64,000 bases of DNA. Source: an uncultured Acidobacteriaceae bacterium. GTDB lineage: Bacteria > Acidobacteriota > Terriglobia > Terriglobales > Acidobacteriaceae. The stretch is taken from the NCBI GenBank assembly GCA_963851155.1, contig CAWKNV010000005.1:466136-530135 (forward strand). The letters are read 5' to 3'. The notes below the pieces were generated by a model that did no database searches, was not told where the DNA came from, and saw nothing but the letters and a program-made list of their open reading frames with translations. Positions 58,279-64,000 of the stretch are shown here, in pieces (the first letter of the stretch is position 1; every line of letters starts with the position of its first letter). A program made the position numbers and the translations under genes.

Positions 58279-59724
58279 TCACAGTTTTCCGGTCAAAGTT
58301 TGCAGGGATGCCAGGGCCGCCTCGTAACGAACGCGTCCATCTTCACGCGCATTCTGTGCCGTCATGAACGCCGTTTGCGCGTCGACAACTTCGAGCACGC
58401 TTGCTTCGCCGCCGGTGTAGCGCAGCCTGGTAAGGCGCAGGCTTTCAGCGGCCGTTGTGACGCTCAAGTCGAGCGAAGCGAGCTGATCGCGGGCGGCCTG
58501 GGCCTCGGCGTAGGTTTCATCAAGCTGCGCGATGAGGCGTCGCTGGGTCGCCGTTAACGCCACTTTGGCGGCGTCGCGTTTGATCTCGGTCTGCTTCACC
58601 TTATGCTCGGTGGCGAGCCAGTCCCATACCGGAATATTCACGGTCAAGCTGGCGGAATATCCGAGGTTGCGGGCGCGATTCCCATCGGGAGTCAACGGGC
58701 CATTGGTGGCAAATTCGTTGGCATCGATGCCATATGCGTAGTTCAACCCAAGAGAGGGAAGATAAGCAGCGCGCGCGGCCAGCGTGTCGGCTTTGCTGAC
58801 CTCAAGCGTGGCCAGGGCACTTTTCAGTTCGGCGTTATTCATTGCGGCGAGGTGGTTTACTTCGTCGCGGGACGCGAGCGCGGCCGGCGTTTCCGGCACC
58901 TGGATGGTGTACGGAGTGCGGGGATCGGGAAAGAGCAGGACTCCAAGTTCGAGCCGTGCCTTGTCTGCATTCAATTTCGCGTCGGAGAGCTCGCGATCGC
59001 GACCCTGTTGCTCGAGCTGCGCCTTCACCGTATCGGCGTGCGCGGCTTCGCGGGCCTGTTCGCGCTGGCTGGTCAGCCTGGTGAAGTCGGCGGCCTCATC
59101 TGCGGCGCGTTGCGCGATGGTGAGCTTGTGATCGGCGGCAGATAGGCCGAAGTACAAATTAGTTACGGTGGCCACAAGACCGCGGCGCGCGATTTCGAGT
59201 TCTGCGGCGGCTTCCGCGGCGGCCGCATCAGCGCGCCGAACGGCTGCAAACCCGCCCAGACTCAGCGTCTCTTCCACAATACCTTGAGAAATATACTCCC
59301 GGGGTCTCGCGTCGTTGGAGACGAACTTGGGATTGGGGGTAGTCACGCCTTCGCCGCCTTCGGCAAAGAGTCCGTTCGGCTGTGAATAGATGCCCTGGCC
59401 GTAATAGCGCGCACCGGGCAGCAGACCCGCGCGGGCAATGGATTTATCGAGACCGGCGACCCTTCGGTTGGCCAGCGCCGTGGCATAGGTGGTATCGCTC
59501 GACTGTGCGCGTTTCAAAGCCTCATCCAGCGTGATCACGACAGGCTGGGGGGCCGATGCAGAGTCCGGTTGCGCGGCCTGCACCGTGGTTTGCGCGGATG
59601 TTGCGACGGTAGAGAGAGCAAATGCGGCCAGAACGGGGGCACCCAGCAACAGAGAGCGCGCGACACGTTTCAGGCCGTGATGGCGATGGAGATCGATCTG
59701 CACAGAAAGACAGGATATAGGCAC
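58279..59724 (-). CDS. TolC family outer membrane efflux protein
   Basis: ITLDEALKRA, AYLPSL, NIPVWDW, RYTGGEASVLEVVDAQ. Confidence 0.92.
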   Translation of the reverse strand: MPISCLSVQIDLHRHHGLKRVARSLLLGAPVLAAFALSTVATSAQTTVQAAQPDSASAPQPVVITLDEALKRAQSSDTTYATALANRRVAGLDKSIARAGLLPGARYYGQGIYSQPNGLFAEGGEGVTTPNPKFVSNDARPREYISQGIVEETLSLGGFAAVRRADAAAAEAAAELEIARRGLVATVTNLYFGLSAADHKLTIAQRAADEAADFTRLTSQREQAREAAHADTVKAQLEQQGRDRELSDAKLNADKARLELGVLLFPDPRTPYTIQVPETPAALASRDEVNHLAAMNNAELKSALATLEVSKADTLAARAAYLPSLGLNYAYGIDANEFATNGPLTPDGNRARNLGYSASLTVNIPVWDWLATEHKVKQTEIKRDAAKVALTATQRRLIAQLDETYAEAQAARDQLASLDLSVTTAAESLRLTRLRYTGGEASVLEVVDAQTAFMTAQNAREDGRVRYEAALASLQTLTGKL

Positions 59725-59807
59725 AACCTTAATTTCACCTTAGTCCTGCATGAATCAGATGCATTTCTTCACGGCTGCGTCGACTTAGGAGCTTAAGATG
59801 TTTCTGC

Positions 59808-60794
59808 ATGGAAACCACGGAAGTTGCAGGCATTAAAGTTTCTCGGATCGGCCTGGGAACCTGGGCCATCGGCGGGTCGGAATGGGGCGCGGTAGCCGAG
59901 GACGCGGCAATTGCGACCTGCCTCAGCGCAGTTGAGCGCGGCATCAGCTTCATTGACACGGCGCCCATCTATGGTCGTGGCCGCGCCGAAGAGATCGTTG
60001 GCAAGGTGATGCGCGCACATGGCCGGCGCGATGCGTTCTTCATTGCCACCAAAGCCGGGCTCGAATGGAATGAGCGCGGCGTGTTTGCCAATTCCACGCC
60101 GGCCCGTTTGCGGGGGGAGATTGAAGACAGTTTGCGCCGACTCGGGACAGACCATATCGATCTGTACCAGATTCACTGGCCTGACACGCGCGTGCCCGTG
60201 GCCGAAGTTGCCGGCGTACTTGCGGGATTTCAACGTGAAGGCAAAGTGCGGGCTCTCGGCGTCAGCAATTTCAGCGCTGCACAGATGGAGGAGTTTCGCA
60301 GTGTTGTTTCGCTTGCTTCGGACCAGCCGCCCTACAACGTCTTTGAGCGCGACATCGATCGCGAAACCCTGCCGTGGTGCGCAGCCAACGGAGTGGGCGT
60401 ACTGACCTACAGTTCGCTTTGTCGGAGCATGCTCGGGGGACGCGTACATCGCGGCATGCAGTTCGAAGCGGGCGATATTCGTGCTGTCGATCCCAAGTTC
60501 CAGGAGCCGCGGTTCAGCCAATATATGGCGGCCGTCGAGCGGCTGACGATGCTAGCCAAGGATCGCTTCGGCAAATCAGTGGCGCAGTTGGCGGTGCGCT
60601 GGGTGCTTGATCGGCCGGGTATTTCCGTGGCGCTATGGGGAGCCAAGCGGCCCGATCAACTTGACGCGGTTGGGGGCGTGATGGGCTGGCGGCTGGATAC
60701 CACGACGATGGAAGAGATTGATCGTATTGTGGCCGAATCCGTGACAGATCCGGTTGGACCGGAGTATCTGACACCGCTCGTTCGGGAAGTTTGA
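59808..60794 (+). CDS. Aldo/keto reductase
   Basis: IGLGTWAIGG, IDTAPIYG, SLRRLGTDHIDLYQIHWPD, LGVSNF. Confidence 0.95.
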   Translation: METTEVAGIKVSRIGLGTWAIGGSEWGAVAEDAAIATCLSAVERGISFIDTAPIYGRGRAEEIVGKVMRAHGRRDAFFIATKAGLEWNERGVFANSTPARLRGEIEDSLRRLGTDHIDLYQIHWPDTRVPVAEVAGVLAGFQREGKVRALGVSNFSAAQMEEFRSVVSLASDQPPYNVFERDIDRETLPWCAANGVGVLTYSSLCRSMLGGRVHRGMQFEAGDIRAVDPKFQEPRFSQYMAAVERLTMLAKDRFGKSVAQLAVRWVLDRPGISVALWGAKRPDQLDAVGGVMGWRLDTTTMEEIDRIVAESVTDPVGPEYLTPLVREV

Positions 60795-60868
60795 GCGAGG
60801 CGCCTGTACGTCTGAAGCCGAGAATTCCGCACGCGCCACCCCGGCCAATTCTGAGATACTAAATCGTT

Positions 60869-61483
60869 ATGCCAATCGATGACCTTCAGCAAGCTGCACA
60901 GAAAATTGCCGGATTTCTTTCTTCCCTTAACAGGCTTGGCGGCATGCGATTGAAATATCGCATTACCGCGGGAGACGGCGCGCGCGATCCGCAAGGGCTG
61001 GAAGCGCGGCAGATTTACGTGGAGCTGGGCGGACCGGATGTTCCCCTGCTGACGCAGCACAACGGGGAACTGCTGAGAGCCCTGGAAACAATCGCTGCGC
61101 AAATGCTGCGCCTGGAGCAGCGCGAGAACGACCTCGTCAGCTTCGACGCGGGCAATTTCAAGGCGTTGCGCGCGCAGGAACTACGCCTGCAGGCCGAGGT
61201 GGCCGCCGACAAGGTTATTCGCACCGGAGTGCCCTTTGCCTTTGCGCCCATGAATAGCCGCGAGCGCCGTCTGCTGCATATGTCCTTCCGCGATATCGAA
61301 GGCGTGGAGACGGCAAGCTCCGGCGAGGGACAGGATCGATTCCTCGCAGTCTTTCCCGCGGGCAAGACCGATCTGCCGGTGACGCCGCCCGTGAAGCCGC
61401 GGGGATTCGGCGCTGATCGTGGATCAGGGCGCGATCGGGGCCCCGGACGCGAGCGGGGATATGGCCGCGATCGGCGGCGATAA
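60869..61483 (+). CDS. jag: Jag/KhpB-like RNA-binding protein (KH + R3H)
   Basis: HNGELLRALE, PMNSRERRLLH (R3H), TASSGEGQDR; Arg/Gly-rich tail. Confidence 0.8.
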   Translation: MPIDDLQQAAQKIAGFLSSLNRLGGMRLKYRITAGDGARDPQGLEARQIYVELGGPDVPLLTQHNGELLRALETIAAQMLRLEQRENDLVSFDAGNFKALRAQELRLQAEVAADKVIRTGVPFAFAPMNSRERRLLHMSFRDIEGVETASSGEGQDRFLAVFPAGKTDLPVTPPVKPRGFGADRGSGRDRGPGRERGYGRDRRR

Positions 61484-61550
61484 ACACAGTCGTCAGGGAT
61501 CAGTGATTAGGGATCAGCGTTCTCTGCGTCTTATGCCACAATAGGCTTCC

Positions 61551-62645
61551 ATGAAGACTGCAATTTCTCTGCTGATAGCGTTTGCGGCGCTCGTGTGTCC
61601 GGCGCAAAAGCGCCTTGTACTGATCGATCAGGACGGCTCAGGTCCGGGCGGATCGAACCAGATGGCAATCCTTTCGCTATTGCAGGCGCCGCAGGTCGAA
61701 GTACTTGGCATCACCATGGTGACGGGCAACGCCTGGCGCGACGAAGAGACGCTGCACACGCTGCGCATGCTTGAACTCACCGGCCACTCCAATATTCCCG
61801 TGGCGAAGGGTGCGGTGTTTCCGCTGGTGCGCACGGAGCGGGACACGCAGCTTTCTTCGGCGATCGATGGCAAGGTGACGTGGCTGGGCGCCTGGGGACA
61901 AAGGCCGATGACGCTGGTCGAGGGTAAAGAAGGCGTCACTCCGTTCACACCCGACAAGCTCGACAAGCATGGACCCTATGCAATTCCGGCGCTGCCTGAA
62001 GGCATGCCCACGCTCAAGCCGATCGAAGAAGATGCTGCACATTTCCTCGTTCGCCAGGTGCGCGCCCATCCGCACCAGGTAACGATTTATGCGGCTGGTC
62101 CTCTGACGAATATCGCGCTGGCAGTTTCCATCGACCCGGAATTTGCGGAACTCACGCAGGGCATCGTGATGATGGGTGGAAGCCTGAACCCGCAGACCGA
62201 TGATCCCGAATTCGCGACCAGCCCGCGGCATGAGTTCAATTTCTGGTTCGATCCCGAGGCCGCACACATCGTATTGCGCGCCGCTTGGCCGCGCATTGAG
62301 GTGACGACGGTGGACGTCTCCATCAAGGCTCCATTCACGCAAGAGATGCTCGACGAGATTTCCAAGTCGCAGTTGCCGACAGCGAAGTACATCGCGGCGT
62401 GGAGCCAGAATCGCTACTACCTGTGGGATGAACTGGCGGCCTGCGCATGGCTCGATCCGGCGATCATCACAAAGGAAAAGAGTGTTTACATGGACATCGA
62501 TCTGAGCCACGGACCAAGCTACGGTGACACGCTTACCTGGACCGAACAGTTAAAGCCGCAGGCGGCCGTGCGTCTCGTTCACGCGCAACTCGATCTTGAC
62601 CTGCCACGTTTCGAGAAAATATTCGTCGAACTGATGTCCCGCTAG
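61551..62645 (+). CDS. Nucleoside hydrolase family protein with signal peptide
   Basis: LIDQD, GITMVTGN, GPLTNIALA, MGGS, EFNFWFDPEAA, WDELAA. Confidence 0.9.
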   Translation: MKTAISLLIAFAALVCPAQKRLVLIDQDGSGPGGSNQMAILSLLQAPQVEVLGITMVTGNAWRDEETLHTLRMLELTGHSNIPVAKGAVFPLVRTERDTQLSSAIDGKVTWLGAWGQRPMTLVEGKEGVTPFTPDKLDKHGPYAIPALPEGMPTLKPIEEDAAHFLVRQVRAHPHQVTIYAAGPLTNIALAVSIDPEFAELTQGIVMMGGSLNPQTDDPEFATSPRHEFNFWFDPEAAHIVLRAAWPRIEVTTVDVSIKAPFTQEMLDEISKSQLPTAKYIAAWSQNRYYLWDELAACAWLDPAIITKEKSVYMDIDLSHGPSYGDTLTWTEQLKPQAAVRLVHAQLDLDLPRFEKIFVELMSR

Positions 62646-62690
62646 GGTAGGATCTCTCTGCGGATGCAGAACTGCGCAGGAGGGAGATGA

Positions 62691-63089
62691 ATGGCGGCAG
62701 ATTCAATTCTTGGCAATTGCGAATTGGTTGCGTTTGCTCCAACGACCGATCCTGAAAAAGCGCGTGCGTTTTATGAGGGCGTACTTGGCCTGCATCTTGT
62801 GGCCGATGAGAAGCCGTTTGCGCTGGTGTTCGATGCCAACGGAACTATGCTGCGCGTGACGACGGTGCATGAACTGACGCCGCATCCCTTTACGGTGCTG
62901 GGCTGGCACGTTGCAAATATCGAAGAGACGGCCGATCGGCTTGCTGCTGCGGGCGTCGAATTCAATCGGTACAAAGGGATGAATGACGCCGATCCACGCG
63001 GGATCTGGAACTCGCCCAGCGGTGCGCGCATCGCCTGGTTCAAAGATTCCGATGGGAACGTGCTGAGCGTGACAGAGTCTGCTCGGTAG
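62691..63089 (+). CDS. VOC/glyoxalase family protein
   Basis: ARAFYEGVLGL, AWFKDSDGNVL. Confidence 0.9.
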   Translation: MAADSILGNCELVAFAPTTDPEKARAFYEGVLGLHLVADEKPFALVFDANGTMLRVTTVHELTPHPFTVLGWHVANIEETADRLAAAGVEFNRYKGMNDADPRGIWNSPSGARIAWFKDSDGNVLSVTESAR

Positions 63090-63494
63090 ACTGGATCTCT
63101 CGCACAGGAGGGATTTATCCCATATGCGACCACTGAATGCATGTACCCTCCCCGGTACCTAGATACGGTTGAGCTCGCCCATATGAGCGAGTTAGGGATG
63201 TCATCCGCGAAGTCTCGCAATTATTAGGATTTTGCCGTAGATGATTGTGTGCAAATGGACTTACGCGGATACATGGAACGCAGGGACCCGAATGATCGGC
63301 GAAGAATCGCGATATTTCTGAAGGAGAATTCAGTTTGCCGGTTGGGCGAATGCCATCCTCAAAGAATCATTCTAACGGTTCTTGGGTTCAGGCGATTTGG
63401 AGCCGACGGCGAGGGCCTACGTGAATTTGGTAGCCTCAGTCATTCAGAAGCTGAGCTTACTGAGCGGGTCGAGCGACGATGGCGTTTTGGCAGA

Positions 63495-63522
63495 AAAAAG
63501 GCCGCGCATCGCGCGGCCTCTC
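63495..63522 (-). terminator. Intrinsic terminator after dnaA
   Basis: AAAAAGGCCGCGC-ATC-GCGCGGCCT, giving a U-tract on the minus strand. Confidence 0.7.
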
Positions 63523-63548
63523 TGATCACTGACCCCTGATCACCGTCT

Positions 63549-64000
63549 TTACCCGTTCAACTGTTCCTGCAGCTTATTCAGCGTGCGATGCAGGTCCTTG
63601 TCGGTGCGGCGTAGTTCGTCGATCTTGCCGATGGAGTGCATCACCGTGGTGTGGTGCTTGTTGCCGAACTGGCGGCCGATTTCCGGAAGGCTCGCTTCGG
63701 TCATCTGCTTGGCGAGATACATGGCGATCTGGCGCGGCACGACGACATTGCGCGAGTTGTTCTTCTGCTTCAGGTCGCTGACCTTCATGCCGAACTGCTC
63801 GGCCACGGCGCGCTGGATCGACTCGATGGTGATTTTGCGCACCTGCATGTCGATGAACTGCTTGAGGCATTGCTGCGTGGTGGCCAGCGTGATCTCGGTG
63901 CGGTTGAGGTTGCACCAGGCGACCAGCCGGGTCATCGCGCCTTCGAGTTCGCGCACGTTGGTGCGGACGTTTGAAGCGATGAAGAGGGCAACGTCGGTGG
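63549..64000 (-). CDS. dnaA: Chromosomal replication initiator DnaA, 3' part (runs off the window)
   Basis: NVRELEGA, PRQIAMYL, SLPEIGRQFG, HHTTVMH (domain IV). Confidence 0.97.
   Translation of the reverse strand, partial: TDVALFIASNVRTNVRELEGAMTRLVAWCNLNRTEITLATTQQCLKQFIDMQVRKITIESIQRAVAEQFGMKVSDLKQKNNSRNVVVPRQIAMYLAKQMTEASLPEIGRQFGNKHHTTVMHSIGKIDELRRTDKDLHRTLNKLQEQLNG

Overview
This is a GC-rich chromosomal window whose gene content and intergenic repeats look like Acidobacteriota (Terriglobales-like; inferred, not searched). The left ~17 kb is accessory: GH38, GH116 and GH94-like glycoside hydrolases, a sugar-sensor/PP2C phosphatase, a VWA protein, and a decayed integrase beside tRNA-Phe. 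The rest is mostly housekeeping: rplU-rpmA, gyrB, fabZ-lpxA-lpxI, mltD-like, lepA, two skp copies, bamA, an ECF sigma/anti-sigma pair, trpD, sucCD, an M13 peptidase, ndk, an RND efflux system, jag and the 3' end of dnaA. Many genes, including essential ones, carry small indels, most likely assembly errors. Two things stand out. First, a complete IS110-family (IS1111-type) element at 45171-46655 sits inside a REP-like palindrome, and its putative bridge/seek RNA can be read directly: target guides TGCCCCGTT/TGAA and donor guides AATCATG/ATACATG match the reconstructed empty site and circle junction. Second, an unannotated ~57-58 aa secreted peptide gene lies directly upstream of a multi-pass membrane protein (18616-19781), a candidate peptide-signal/receptor pair. 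Also noted are an abrupt GC-skew flip near 23.7 kb, a DnaA-box cluster after lepA, duplicated skp promoters and leaders, and twin divergent ECF promoters.
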